Source of the DNA: the human T2T-CHM13v2.0 reference genome, Homo sapiens
Length of the DNA: 64,000 bases
Strand: one strand, 5' to 3'
Assembly: GCF_009914755.1 (NCBI RefSeq)
Contig: NC_060934.1
Shown: piece after piece, positions 20,428-38,833 of the stretch
How positions within the stretch are numbered: the first letter of the stretch is position 1
Layout of the letters: every line of letters begins with the position of its first letter
The notes under the pieces: generated by a model
Database searches by the model: none
The model's input: the letters and a program-made list of their open reading frames with translations, nothing else
What the model was told of the DNA's origin: nothing
Made by a program: the position numbers and the translations under genes

Positions 20428-20764
20428 GAATTCTTAAGTATCTCTCTTTAAAAAAGATTAGGCACTTTCCCTTGGATCCAAACTAGGGTTAGAAGGTTAA
20501 ACGGCACGTTTTGACATATTTGGCTTAATAGTTGGTCTCTTAATATTTTATCCTACATAGGTATGCAGCTCTATCCAGTTTTCTAAAAACATTCTAGCAG
20601 TATTTTCTGTAATGACCTACTACACTGACCTTCCTCTCGACTGAAAGAACAATAATTACTATGCCTGAAACCAATAGTTAGCTCTACTCAGCATCCCTTA
20701 AATAATCATTTTATTTCACCGTGATTTCTTTTTTCTAAGACCATTGTTAATGATTTGGATGACT

Positions 20765-22080
20765 TTTTTTAAATTGACAAAATTGTATATAATTATGATG
20801 TAGAACATCTTTTGATAAATAAATACATTACGAATAGCCTGTCAAGCTAATTAACATATGCATCACCTCATACAATTTTTGTGTTGACAAAACTTAAAGT
20901 CTACTCTTCTAGCAATTTTCAAATATATACTATATTGTTATTAACTATAGGCACCATGATGTACAACAGATCTCTTGAATTTATTCCTCCTAACAGAAAT
21001 TTTGTATCCTCTGACCAACATTTCTCCAACTCCTCCACCCTCTAGCCACTGGTGACCACCATTCTACTCCCTGCATCTATGAGTTCAACTTTTTAGATTC
21101 CATATGTAAGTGAAATCATGCGTTATTTCTCTTTCTGTGCCTGACTTATTTCAGTTAATATAATGCCCTTCAGGACACTGTCACAAATGACAGGATTTCC
21201 TGCTTTAGGGCTGAGTAGTACTCTATTGTGTGCATATACCACATTTTCCTTATCTATTCATCCTCTGATGGAAACTCAGGTTGGTTCAATATCTTGGCTA
21301 TTGTGAATAATGTTGAAGTGAACATGGTAGTGCAGATATCTCTTCAACATATTGATTTCATTTCCTTCAGATATATATGGCAGTGGCAGGATTGCTGGAT
21401 CATATGGCAGTTCTATTTTTGAGAAACTTCCATATTGTTTCTCATAGTGGCTGTACTAATTTACATTCCCACCAACAGTCTACAAGCGTTCCCTTTTCTC
21501 CACATTCTTGCCAGCACTTGTTCTCTTTCATTTTTGTTAATCACCATTCTAACAAGTAGGAGGTAATAATTCATTGTGGTTTTGTGATCGGAGATGTTGA
21601 GCATTTTTTCACGTATCTATTGGCCATTGTATGTCATCTTTAGAGAAATGTCTATTTATTCAGGTACTTTGTTCATTTTTTATTTGAGTTGTTTTCTTCC
21701 TACTGAGTTGTTTGAGTACCTTATGTATTTTGGACATTAACCCCTTATCAGATGAATACTTTGCAAATATTTCTCCCATTCCATTGGTTGTCTCTTTACT
21801 CTGCGGATTGTTTCCTTTGCTATGCAGAGCTTTTTCTTTTGATGTAATCCTATTTGTCTATTATATGTTTGCTTTTGTTGCCTGTGTTTTTGTCATCATA
21901 TCCAAAACAATCATTGCCCAGACCAATGTCATAGAGCTGTTTCCCTATGTTTTCTTTGAGTAGTTTCACAGTTTCAGATCTTATGTTTAAGTTTTTAACC
22001 CATTTTGAGTTGATTTTTGTATGATATGAGATAAGGTTCTAATTTCATTCTGCAAGTGGGTATCTAGGTTTCCCAGCACT
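20765..22080 (-). mobile_element. L1MA-type 3' end
   Basis: AAGCTAATTAACATATGCATCACCTCA, GTACAACAGATCTCTTGAATTTATTCCTCCT, GCTGTACTAATTTACATTCCCACCAACAG. Confidence 0.88.
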
Positions 22081-22432
22081 GGAACAACTTTTAAAAGGTA
22101 TTCTCTGTTGACATTTCTTTCTGGAAAAATTGTATTAGTTGTATTTATGTTTAATTCTTTCCAGTTTATTTTTCCCCTTTGGATAGTGTCGCTAGGCCCT
22201 TATCTTTTTATCATAATCATTTTTCTGAGATATTCAGTTAATACACATTTTGTTTCATTTTACTCTTTTAAGATTCTCAGTCACTACACCGTGTGTATGT
22301 GTATGTGTCTCTGTGTAAAACTAAAACTATCTTTATTCTTATGGAAATCAATTTTGGGGGTCTGAGACACAATGACTCTAAAGTGTCCTAAAACATTTTT
22401 TTAATGTGGTGGTAGGGAATTCTTTTCTTTTT

Positions 22433-22492
22433 TCTCCCTCCCTCCCTCCCTCCCATCCTCCCTTCTTCCCTCCCTCCCTTCCTTCCTTCCCT
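22433..22492. repeat. (CCCT/CCTT)n low-complexity tract
   Basis: Visible homopyrimidine tandem repeat. Confidence 0.85.
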
Positions 22493-25400
22493 TTGCCTAA
22501 ATTACCTTTTTGGTAGGCTTCTGAGATTTCTTTCTACTCTGCAGTCATTTTTGACTAGAGGTAATCTTGTGATACATCTTTTTGAGAAAGGTTGCCCTGC
22601 TGTTTAAATTTCTTCCTATGACAACTATGTCTTGTGATATCTTTAAAAAATTTTCTTTCCTTCACCCCTCTTTCTACCATTTCTTGATTCCTCTATTTAA
22701 CTTATTTAGAAGGTGCATATTGAAGACATAATACCTTGGGAGTTCTGAAAATTAATTATATATGTGGTTGGCAATTTATTTTGGTCCAAAAGGAACTACT
22801 ATAGTTATTACCTCTTGGTTCCATATACTACATTAACATAAATTTTTTATGTTCCAAAAGAATTTTTAATGATATTTGTGGGTTATGCTACCAGCAATGC
22901 AATATTAGCTTTTCTCCCAGCTTAGTTGTCTCCATGAAAGGTATACTCTCGAGAAGATATACTCTTGACCTTTTCTGTCTCCATAACTCCAGAGATGTAT
23001 TATTATGTGTCCTTACATTCATGGGCAATCTAGATCCATTTTTATTCCAGAGTTATTAAACTCTAAATCAGAGTTTAAGTTGTTTTTGATAGTGGACATC
23101 TATCAACTTCTGACTGCTATTTCCCTTTTTGATTTTGCCTAGTCATGGTAAAGATGCCTGCTCCAAAAATCAATCTTTTTTTCCTTAGCTCACAGGACTC
23201 AGATATACAATATACGAATACCATATGCAATGGTTAATCCTCGGTAGCTCATTTAAAAAGAGTTATCACTTTTTCAGCCTTTGTGCTTCTTATTGGGTTA
23301 GGTTCAGGTTATTTACTCCTCTGAGACAAACTGTGATCTCCTTCTATATCAGTTTCCAATTAGAACCCTTGTCCCATACCAGCCATAGATGGTGTATCTA
23401 TTTTTAAAATATGTTTTTCAGATGTGCTCATCACTATAACAGAAGTTATTAGTAATGGTGTCTATCATAAAAGTGTTTATAGCATAAGGCATGGAACAAT
23501 TGATTATAACACAAATATGGTAGATATTTGAAGTGGGTGGTCAGAGACTAGGGGAATCAAAAAAGAATAAAGGACACATGGGGAGGGGTAAAGGGTGGGA
23601 AATGAGAGGATCTTCCTGACAAGTGAAACGTCAGAGAAGGAGATGTTTTGTGTTCACAGAACTGCCCAACTAGAGAAGAGGAAGTAGAGAAAGAATTATG
23701 TCATTCAAAATTGTGTATATTATGGAAACATTTATATAAATACTGAACATATAACAAAATATCCACTAAAATACTTCTCATATTTTTTCTAAATATTTAC
23801 ACTTTATGCTTTAGAATATTGTGCTGGCAGAGCTCTGAGTTTATGTTTATTGAGTACAACAGAATTTAACCATGGGATTTGTAGTTATGAAGAATAATGG
23901 GTAGATGGGGAGGGGAGGAGAGTGGGGAATAAAGAACCTTCCTTTCTTCTAGCATCTAAACACAGAAGATGTATCATTCACCATCTTATTGTGAAATGAG
24001 GCTTTCATTCTTTTTCTGGAACATGGCAGCAATCATTCTCCAGTTAGATCTAAATGATTGAATTGCAACGTGAACCGTCTTGGTGACTAACACATTTTCC
24101 CTCACCTCCAGCGCCCTCTTTTCCCAAGATCAAGCAATTTTCTTGTGTAATGAACTGTATCTGCTATCAAGTGGCCTGGAAATTAAGAGGTCCAAAGTGT
24201 CTTCCAAATCCTTGTTTCCTGTTTGGTATCATGATGTCTTTCGCAACTACATCACTGATCTATGTTTCCCAAGACTATACAAAGGAGGAATGCAGAAATG
24301 AATGGAATGGCAGAATAATGTTATATGTGGGGGAAAGGCTTCAATCGATTTTGGATTATTCAGGGAATAGTTTTCTAGCTAATGGGTTGTCAAATTCTTT
24401 GCATCAGAAGCTTTTGTGTGGTTGATAGCTTATGGTCAGTTCTGTAATGACTAGCAGTGGAAGGAGAACAGATACAAGGACGTGCTTTAAAAGCAACACC
24501 AACCTCCAAAAGTGGATCTGAGTGGTTTGATTTATGCCCATGACATACCCAAAGTCTGGAGAAAGTGAGTTCAAGGGAGGACAAAAAAATGTAAGCAAAC
24601 TAGGCAGTAAGGAAAAAAAACAGCAGAATTCAAGCTGTACATTTTCTTGATTTACTATGACTTCCACAGACATAGAAAACAAAACCAGAACTATAATCAA
24701 TTTGTTCAGTTCAAGAGACTAATTATATTTTTTCATATAGTCAATTTATAAATCTTTATTTTAGCAGACAATATCTGTATACTTTCTTCTACTAGGCATT
24801 TCTGTTATTTATAAAGTTTATGCTAAACATTTGATGTTTTATATATTCATATATTACTTTTTGGCATTTACTAAAAATGTCACCAGTTGGCTAATGAAAA
24901 TCTCTGCCAGAAAATCTTCCATATTTTTATGACACTATTTTTTAGAAATTAACATAGATATTTATTGGTGCTTACCAATCAATAGCATGATATCAAATGT
25001 GCAGATTCAGGAAATAAGCTACTAAAGAGAAAATTTACTTATTTAATGTAATTCAATATATAGAAAATAAAATTCCAGAACTATTTACAATATTAAAATA
25101 AGTTGTTGTTAGTAATAGCAAAACATGCTGAATAATGTTGGTTTCCCATGTGTATGCTTTATATACTATTCTAATTAAGAATAGCTTTACCTGTAGCTCA
25201 AATATGGCTTCTGAAGGTACAACAACATACTTATCTAAGCCTATATAGCAATAATATAAAACAGTATCAAATCTAGGAATAACGTAATTTGACTCCTTGT
25301 GGGCATTTTTTATGATGTGCAGGAACACCTTATAAACTAGAAAGAAACATGTGATTAAATTCAATCACATTTGACAATTAATAGAACACCTTGGCCAAAG

Positions 25401-25805
25401 TCTAGACAGATAATTTCAAAGACAAAACTGGTCATAAAACCAAAGCCATTCCTTTGCAAAAGCCTTCAGAAATAAAAAGTAACATTTTTTTTGAAACGCC
25501 ATTGGTGAATTTAACACAAAAGACCTTAACTAGGTCTCAAGATACTGAGCTAGCAGGATCACTGGCTTAATCAGTGGTGGAATTTATTACATATTTACAT
25601 ATGCTTGTGATTAGTCCATTTAAGTGTTTTCATATATATATTTTCTAAAATGTTGAACAATTCATATGTTCCAGCGTGAATAAGCTACCAGTTTTGAAAA
25701 ATTTTGAAGCATGGTGAGACAAACTCATATACTTCTAGTGGCAACACACGTTGGTACAATCCTTCTTGAGAGGAAGCTGATAAAATATATATTTTTTTGG
25801 AGACT

Positions 25806-27353
<1,548 letters not shown>

Positions 27354-28087
27354 AAATATTTTAAAAGACACACCTGTGTTCACTCCCACTGATTCAGTAA
27401 TTTCAGTTTTGAGAATACTTTCCCAGGAAATGATCAAAAACCAACCAAACAAAAACTATTTCATAACAATGTTTATTTACAAACCAAAAAAGGGAGTAAT
27501 TTAAATGTTCAACAATATATAACTGGCTTAGGAAATGACAGTATATCAATTTGAGAAACATAGCAGTCAAGTGAAAAATGACAAATATAAAGACTATGTA
27601 CCTGTATCAGGAAAATGTATGTGATATGTAAGTGAAAACAGCAGAATACTAAATTACATGTAGTTATCCTAAGTATATGGAAAAAACTAATTGTTATGTA
27701 ACTATATAAACTATACATGGGAAAACAGATTCAACAAGGCAGGCTTTATTGAATAACTCAGTTGGGGGTAGGAATAGGGATAACTGTTTTGACTCTAGGT
27801 ATTGTGTGATGTTGTTATGGTGGGCATGTATTTGTCTCCTCAGACTTCAGAGTTCTGAGTCCATACCACCTTCATGCACTGCAGTAGGCCCTGAAAGAAA
27901 ACAAAACAGAAGCACAGACAGACTCAGAGGCAAGAAATGGAGGGGTGCTGCTTGCCTATCTAAAGATGTTCTGATTCTTCACTTGTGTGACCTGCCTACA
28001 TGTCTACTCTCAGGGTCTGTGAAAAAACAAAAACAAAAACTCATATCCTTATTATAAATTCCTATCATTTGGCTTGGACCAGTTTGA

Positions 28088-28440
<353 letters not shown>

Positions 28441-28547
28441 ACAACTTGTATTTTTAAAAAGAAGTGTGTAAGAATGGTAAGAGTCCTATGCCATCTAACT
28501 GCATTGCAAATACTGTTAATTTATCCTAAGGTAAAAAGTTTACTTAT

Positions 28548-28699
28548 TTTTTATTGATGCAGAATAGATGTGCACAGTTTTGAAGAACATGTGATAATTT
28601 AATACATTCATATAATTTGTAAAGATCAAATCAGTGTACTTGGGACATCCATCACCTTAATTATCTGTCTTTTCTTTATGCTAGAACCATTCAAATGGG
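28548..28699 (-). mobile_element. Short L1MA/L1PB 3'-end insertion with intact TSD
   Basis: TSD AAGTTTACTTAT 28536-28547 / 28700-28711; GATCAAATCAGTGTACTTGGGACATCCATCACCTTAA 3'UTR motif. Confidence 0.8.
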
Positions 28700-28815
28700 A
28701 AGTTTACTTATCGCGTAGACAGTTCCTTAAATAATAGAGCTAATGTAAGCTAACAGTTATTCTAGACAACATAATATTCCAACTAATGTTAAACAAACAG
28801 CATGTTAATATCTCC

Positions 28816-29046
28816 TTTTTAATTTTACTTTAAGTTCTAGGGTACATGTGCACAACGTGCAGGTTTGTTACATATGTATACATGTGCCATGTTGCTGTGC
28901 TGCACCCATTAACTCATCATTTACATTAGGTGTATCTCCTAATGCTATCCCTCCCCCCTCCCCCACCCCACACAACAGGCCCCGGTGTGTGATGTTCCCC
29001 TTCCTGTGACCAAGTGTTCTCATTGTTCAATCCCACCTATGAGTGA
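28816..29046 (-). mobile_element. L1PA 3'UTR-only insertion
   Basis: TTTAAGTTCTAGGGTACATGTGCACAACGTGCAGG...CCCACCTATGAGTG; flanking duplication AATATCTC at 28807-28814 / 29047-29054. Confidence 0.92.
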
Positions 29047-29475
29047 AATATCTCTTCTTTTTGCTCTTTAGGTTAGAATTAATCCAACTATGCCTGAAGT
29101 GACATTTTTAGGGATACAAATGATCTTACCTTTAAGCCTTGAACAGAAAGTCACTGTGTAGAAATCTAGTGGATTATGCCCTTACTATCTGACTCTAATC
29201 TTTCCTGAGAGTCTGCTTTGCTGTTTTTGTTACCTTTCATATACTGTTTACCATGTGCCAGATCCTACATAAAACACTTCACATACACTGTCCCATTTGC
29301 CCTTCATAAAACTTCTGGACCAGAATGTTTTACCAACTGCAGAAGCTTTCCCTCTTTTCTACAATTATTGAGTGTACTTCCCATCAGACAATGCTTTCCA
29401 TATCAGAAATGCAAAAATGAAAGCTCAGACTAGGAGACAGATGTTAAAAAAAAAAGTAGTAAAAGTGATAAATGT

Positions 29476-29992
<517 letters not shown>

Positions 29993-30313
29993 TCAGAAAT
30001 ATGTCAGGTAATCTAGAAGATGCAGAATCTGAATGACAGGACATTAGTATATGTTAGGCTGCAGTAAATATAATAATGAAAAAATAGCAAGTATTAAAAA
30101 ATACGTTGGGGACTCTTTTTTATATTAATTCATATATCATATAATTTTGAGGGCATGCCTTGTACTAAGGCAGTATTAGGACCTGGAAAGACCACTGTAA
30201 AAAGGTATCACCTGGAACAACTTTATTAATATTGTAAACATGGGAAATATTAATTATGCTTTATATTGCTGAACTTTTAGCAGCAGTGCAGCACTACTTG
30301 TTAAAATAATCTA

Positions 30314-30635
<322 letters not shown>

Positions 30636-30704
30636 TTATGTGTGCTTAATTTGCAAAGTCACATCTTATTTTTGTGTTGCTTTTCCTTGCAGAATTATTC
30701 CTTC

Positions 30705-30968
30705 TTACATGATTATTCAAAATTAATGCAAGGACAGAAAAATACAAATACCACATGTTCTCACTGACAAATAGGAGCTAAGCATGGAGTACACGTGGAC
30801 ATAAACATGGGAACAACAGGTACTGCAGACTACTAGAGAGAGGGAGGGGTGTGGGTTGAAAAACTACCTACCAGGTACTATGCCGACTACCCGGGTGCAA
30901 TATATCCATATAACAAACCTACACATGTATCCCCTGTGTCTAAAATAACAACTGAAATTTTTTAAAAA
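30705..30968 (+). mobile_element. L1 (old L1PA/L1PB-like) 3' end
   Basis: AAATACCACATGTTCTCACT...GGAGCTAAGC...GGGTTGAAAAACTACCTA...AAACCTACACATGTATCCCC. Confidence 0.8.
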
Positions 30969-30979
30969 GTTAAGTTCTC

Positions 30980-31815
<836 letters not shown>

Positions 31816-31948
31816 TTAAAACTTCTACATGGCACAATGTAAATGTTATATACAGAGTAATGACCAATTAGCATAATGCTATAAATCTGCAAATTAAAGA
31901 TGAACAAATAAAACATATTTCTCAATCATGAAATACAAAACTTGCATA

Positions 31949-32775
<827 letters not shown>

Positions 32776-32789
32776 CATTCCCACATGGA

Positions 32790-33130
32790 ACAGGATTAAC
32801 TTTGGCTGCATATGACAGAAAACCTAAGAGAATGGCAGCTGAAGCAAGAGGTATATTTGTTTCTTTCTAAGAGAAAGAGAAATCTGGAGGAGGAAGTCCA
32901 GGGCTGGTAATGGTATTCCATAGTGTCAAGGACTCAGGCTCCTTCAGTCTTTTTGCTCTGCATAACTTAAGGAGCTCTAGACAGCTCTGCCCAAGTTGAG
33001 AAAATCTAGCAGGATTTCAATCCACAGGAGGAAGGGAAAGGATGGTGAAGCATCTGTTTTTGAAGATCTTTGTCAATGTTGTGCACACCACTTACATCTC
33101 TTTGGCCAGAACTAAGTAGCATAGTGAGAC
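32790..33130. mobile_element. Old MaLR LTR fragment (MLT1H-K-like)
   Basis: TGGCTGCATATGACAGAAAACC, GAAGTCCAGGGCTGGTA, CTTACATCTCTTTGGCCAGAACT. Confidence 0.55.
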
Positions 33131-33161
33131 CTAGATACATACAAGAAGAGAAACAGAACCA

Positions 33162-33454
33162 TTTTTTTTTTCCTAGAGGCAGGTCTCACTCTGTTGCCCT
33201 GGCTGAAGTGCAGTTGTGTGATCAGAGCTCACTTCACCCTTGAACTCCTGGGCTCAAGTCATCCTCCTGCCTCAGCTTCTTGAGTAGCTGCAACTGTAGG
33301 TGCGCTTTACGATGCTTAGCTAATTTTAAAATTTTTTGTAGAGAGTAATCCTGCTATGTTGCCCAGGCTGGGCTCCAACACCCGGCCTTAAGCAATCCTC
33401 CTGCCTTGGCTTCCCAAAGCACTGGGATTATAGGCATGAACCACCACACCCAGC
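33162..33454 (-). mobile_element. Alu, diverged AluJ-like
   Basis: Dimeric antisense Alu with poly(T) head. Confidence 0.9.
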
Positions 33455-33834
33455 TAAGAATTATTTCAAGTGTGATAAAAATGGACAGTTCTATAATTTT
33501 AAAAGAGGAAGAAACATATTAGGGACAATTAGCTCTATCTTAATATTGTGGTATGATTTTTTTCTCTCATTGTTTTAAATATGTAAAAGTTGTCTCGCCT
33601 AGATTTTAGATTAAGGCAGAGGCCATCATTCCACAAATAGGTTATTGAATAATTACTACGTGATAGTGTTTGCCAGATTTTGCAAGTACATACATTGGAA
33701 CGTGAGTATATACTTGTTCAACAAATGACATAAGACATTTATATCACATTTAACATTAGTATTGTAATTAATGGAAATAGCAGAATTATTGGTTGGTAAG
33801 AAATAAGGTTAAAATGCTTTATTTCTATACGCAT

Positions 33835-34290
33835 ATTACTCAGGGTCCTGGCCGGAAGCATATAGCACATTCAAAGGATACTCTGAAGAGAGTTTAATGA
33901 AGAGACTATTTACAGAGGTGTGGACAGGTTTTAAAGGAAGGAGTGATGAAGCAATCAATCATTACCACCCTGGGCCTGAAGACACAAAGAGAAGAAGCAG
34001 TTTCTGGAACTTGGCAAGACCTGTGGCCATGGGATGAGGGTGTCGGACAGGAGCCAGGGACCTCAGGTAGAGGAACGAAGCTAGAGCCACAGCCAGGCAG
34101 CAGGGAATAGAATAAATATCCTGACCTCTCTCTTTTTCCTTTCTCTGATCATTTGCCAAAGCCTCCAAATTGGCTGAAACCAAATAGGAACCAGAGGGCA
34201 AAGAAGCCTGGGTGACGTGACTTCCACAGAAGTCAGCCTCGCAGAGCATGGAAAGGCAGAGAATGGACTTTGAAGGACAGAGCATAACAA
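33835..34290. mobile_element. Old ERVL-type LTR (LTR33-like)
   Basis: GAAGAGAGTTTAATGAAAGAGACTATTTACAGAGGTGTGG and TTGGCTGAAACCAAATAGGAACCAGAGGGCAAAGAAGCC. Confidence 0.55.
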
Positions 34291-36265
34291 GGATAATATG
34301 AAAAAGCAAAGCATTTCACAGAGTTGGAACGATTCAAAAAATTTTAAACAAAAAGAGAAAGGGAAATGATCCAAACAGAGCGGGCACAAAGAAAGACAGA
34401 GGAAGGGAATGATTACAAAGTAAAACAGTGGGGGAGGGGCACAATGTCTGATCTATTTATGTAAGTAGGATAAAGAGAGAGAGAAAAGAAATAGAGGCCT
34501 GAGGTCTGAAGAGAATGAGAAGGGTGTGACCAGGGATCTTAAAGTTGTGGATATAATTGGACACAGGGTATTTATCACCATCTTTCTCATGTAAGTTTAA
34601 TACAATGGTAGAACATCTAAAACCTGTTACTGATTGCAAACATTTTAAATGCATGTACACCAAGGATGTTCAATCCTTGCCTCTGTTCAGAGGCAACGAC
34701 TGTAACTGAGGATCTGTGGTTTACAGAACACCAGCACTGTAGGTCAAAGAAACAGCCATACTCTGTAACAGAATCAATCAGCTGCTAAAAGAAGTCAAGA
34801 TGACAGAAAAAAGAAATACGTGGATACAAAAGAGAAAAAACAGCAGTAGAAACCAGCTATCAGACCACTGATATCATGGTAAATAATTAAAATTCACTTA
34901 AATCAAAAATATGTGTGTTGCTTCCTCTCAAGTTACCTACATATAATTAAGTGTAGAAAAAATTAAATGTTATTCATATTCATAAGTAATATTAGTAATA
35001 GAAACTACAATCTAACTTCTATGGAGGCAGCCTTTGAAAGAAATCCTTTTTAATTACTGTGACTTCATGGAAAACACTAGTTTTACTTTTTGGATATTCA
35101 CCGACATCCTGCAAACATCTTTCTCCATATATTTATATCTATCTCTGTATTACACACGTTCCTGAAAAATCACCTCGTAAATAAGAAACTACACGTGTTA
35201 ACATTTCATTGACTTACATTAAAAATAGGAGCCTCATTCCCCAGAGGGGTAAGAACCATTCTGTGGTAAACTATGTAACAAAAATCACATGGAAGTATGG
35301 AGAAAACATTTGTCCCTGTGATATCTCCTGGGAGGCTGTATTCGAAGGGCTGGCATGGGTCCTGTGGCCAACTGTGGGTTCTGCATCACCCTGTAGTCAT
35401 GTTTCCTTCCTGACTCAATGACTGCAGAATTTGGTGAGACTGCAACAGTGAAATGACCATTGCCCTCCTTTGTTCCACGGTGAACTGCAAATCCAGAATT
35501 ACTGTAGGTCAGGAGCCATGGTCAGAGACAAGAATTGAGTAGCGGCTTTATGGGACCTCTACATTCTGTACTTTGAGGGATAACATGTATCACATTCTTT
35601 TTCCTTCAAAAACTCTAAGATTAAAATTAGGTATTGAATTCAAGAGTTGCATTTACATGCTATCCTTCCATGAAATTAACGAACTTTAAATTTTGATGAA
35701 GACTAGAGAATTATACATTGCACTTCTCAATGTGTTTTGGAAGAGGTATGTGGGAATGATATGCTTCATGTGGAACACCGTGAAATCTCTACATTTTAAA
35801 CTTAAGATAATTTTATGTCAAATTTTATCCTAATTTATACAGGAATCATATATGAAAAGCAAATAGGTGCAAAGGGTTTATGAAAAATTTATAGAAAAAA
35901 CTCAGTATTGGAACTATTCTATCCATTTACATTTTTCCCTGTAAATTTGGAATAGTATAGAAATTCATTTTTAGAATATCTTCCCTTCAGCATATATAAT
36001 CCCAGTGCTCAGTAGAAGCAGTGTGTTAACATTTCATTGACATATTAAAAATAAGCATATATATTGAATGTATGCTGTATGACAGCACTACAATTACTAA
36101 AACCAAGAATGCAGGATACATGTTAAAGTCATATATTAGTATCCCCTACCGTTTGATTTGAATAAACCTAAATTTTAATAATCTTCTTTTATAAATTGAT
36201 TCTAAAGATTTTTCCCCTATTCTTTAGCTGTATTTAAGAGATAAGAAGCAACCGTCACACATGCA

Positions 36266-38833
36266 TCATGTTTAAAGCAGTAATTTATTCTGAGATTTAC
36301 TTTTGTCTGTTTTCTTTCCAGTCCAGGTATCAATATTTTCAAGAATATTAAAGTATAATAATCAAACATTCAATTCATAACATATATGCTTATCAGAAGC
36401 TTTTACAAAATGGAAATTTTATGTTAGAAGATTTGGGCTACCAGTAATATTCACTGTGCATATTTTAAAAAAAAAGGTGAACAGAGTTCATTGTTTAGGG
36501 AAAATGATTATGGAGAAACTAAAATCAAGAGCAATTTTAATGTGGATATTAATGACAGTGATCACTTTCATATCCATGACTTTATCTGTTCCTAAGGACT
36601 AAAGGGATGAAGGCAGATTATGTACCTTACTGTCAAGAACAGGGTCAGAAAAGGTCAACAATATTAATTTAAGAAATGTTTATTAAGCATCTACTATTGG
36701 CTACGTACTCCACTAGGTGTTGAGGACATAGAAATAAGAAAAAAAAGTTACCTGAAAAGGTACTTGTCCACAGTTTGGCCCAAACTAACTAAACCAGAAA
36801 CCACTAAAGTAAGGAAGAAAATGACTTCTGTTTGTCTCTTCACTTCATCTCTCTATGAGGTGAGGATGAACACTGAAGGAAGCTTAGCAGGGAGGTACAG
36901 GCCAGAAAGAGAACATGAGAAAATGCTATTTGTAATACCTCCTAAGTTTAAGAGTAGGTAAAATGTGTGATAGAGCTGGAAAGTTTTTTTTTCCTTTCTG
37001 GTCAGAAATCAGGGTAGCTGTAAAAATGTTGGTGGGGTGGGGTCAATTCCATAGTCTATGACCTGATTCGGTAGGCGACTGAAAAACATTGTACAACTCT
37101 TAAAAAAAGGGAGGAAGAACTCACACTTAACCAAGCAAAGCAAGGACACCGTGTTGACATACACAAGTTTCGGTTAACATGGTATCAAGGAAAGCGAGGA
37201 CTGCCTGTACTTAAAATGATCATTAAGACTAATGATTCTAGTTTTGGCATTGAGGATGAATGCAGATATATAGACATAATGTATAGCAAAGAATATTTAC
37301 AGTCACATTTCATGGACCAATAAATAACGCATTTACTTCTCAAAATGCCCAAGAAAATGTGGGAGAGAAAATGTTCATTTATATTCAAGATTAAACTTTC
37401 TAACTTTAAATCATCAGACTTCAGCTGTAAATTTATTTCAGTTGAAAGGTTTGAAGACATTATTAATGAATATTCTAAAATTCCGGAAGGTGTTTAAAAG
37501 ATAATTTTAACCTAATAAAAAAATCCTGCCATAGAAGTGACAAAAATTATAAGCATAAATTTATTGAGCACCTACTATGTGTCATTGTGCTAGGTGATGT
37601 ACTACGTTATTTCCAATACTCCGGTCACGTTTCAGTTTTCTCAATTTCTCTATCAATAACTGCTACATTGTTAATTTATAACTATATTACTTGAAATACA
37701 GCTCAGCTTATTTATTCCATAAAGTTGGTCCCAAAGACGTTTCCTTATTCGAAGGAGGTGGGAAGCAGGAAGGAAACCTAAATCTAAATTCTACTTAATA
37801 CTGAAGACGACTTTCTTGATATTTGTGGTTATCTGTATGGTCTTTTCAGAAATCCCAAAACTTGTACCAAGTCAAGGATAAAATAAGATAAAATCAGCAA
37901 TCTATCAGGTTCAGAGATCACATCTGTCAGCCGATGCTTCTTGCCTTAAGGTCCTGCACGGCGATGACCGCTCATTTAGGAAGGAATTCATGGCCTGTGG
38001 ATACCTTAGCTCTGAGTCCTGCCACCTAGGATCCCACGGTTCTACGCGAGGAAGAGGGCGGGGAGCGCGGACCGGGTGTGGGAGGCCGAGGTGACAGCAG
38101 GTGAGGGCCGGGTGCGGATGGGGAAGTGAGACAAGCACCGTGTGGGTATTACTCATTCCGCTCTACTAAGGAGGCTGCTGGCAAGCGGAACTTCTAGCCT
38201 CTCTTTCAATCCAGCTGAAGTTCAATCTCATTGAAGTCACTTCCCATCCCGGTTCGCTTGGGGGGAAACCAGGCGTCCCTGGAAGGGAAGGGAAGGGAGT
38301 CCGGGCTGCGCGGGTCAGGTAGCCTCTCTCCGGTCGCCGCGTGTCCTCGCCGTCCCCAAACCTGCCCTTCCCCTCATCAAGGGAACTCCCCGGGGAGTCC
38401 AGACCGCGATCCCTTTCCTTGGCCCCGGGGTGCGGGGGGCGGACACGCGAGGCGTGGGACTGATGGTAGCCCTGCCTCCAGGAAGCAGGCAGGCGGGGAC
38501 CTCTGGGCGCTCGGAGGGGCAGCTCCGAGGGCACAGGGTACAGGGAGAATCAGCCAGATCCCTCCCTGCCCCGGGCAGCCGCGGCGGGTGTGGCCAGCGC
38601 GGAGGCAGGACGCCGCCGAGCCTCCAACTTTACCTTTCCAACTCCGACAGCCCGTCGCCTTTCTGACCGCGTCCCTACGGTTTCCCGGCATCCGCCTCCC
38701 TCTCCCCACCACACCTGAGGAAAACTTTTCCCTCGCCCCTCAATTCAAATTCAGCAGTGCCCACGGTTGCCGCAAACCGCCCGGTCCCTAGCAACAAGGT
38801 TCCGGCCGTAGAGCGAGAGCCTCTAGGTGTAAG
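36266..38833 (-). ncRNA. ZEB1-AS1: ZEB1 antisense RNA 1, divergent lncRNA (ends approximate)
   Basis: Known head-to-head arrangement with ZEB1. Minus-strand signals in the sequence: donor AAG|GTAAAG at 38634|38633, strong acceptor (CCCTT)n-CCAG with exon starting at 38278, AATAAA at 36289-36284. Confidence 0.7.
38381..38398. promoter_or_regulatory. NF-kB consensus overlapping an EBF-type palindrome
   Basis: GGGAACTCCC (38381-38390) fits GGGRNYYYCC; ACTCCCCGGGGAGT (38385-38398) is a perfect 14-bp palindrome containing TCCCNNGGGA. Confidence 0.45.

Noticed and set aside
24000-24720. Unique-looking segment with several overlapping short ORFs
   Set aside because: No protein similarity that I recognise; it might be an enhancer or lncRNA exon, but the sequence alone gives no support
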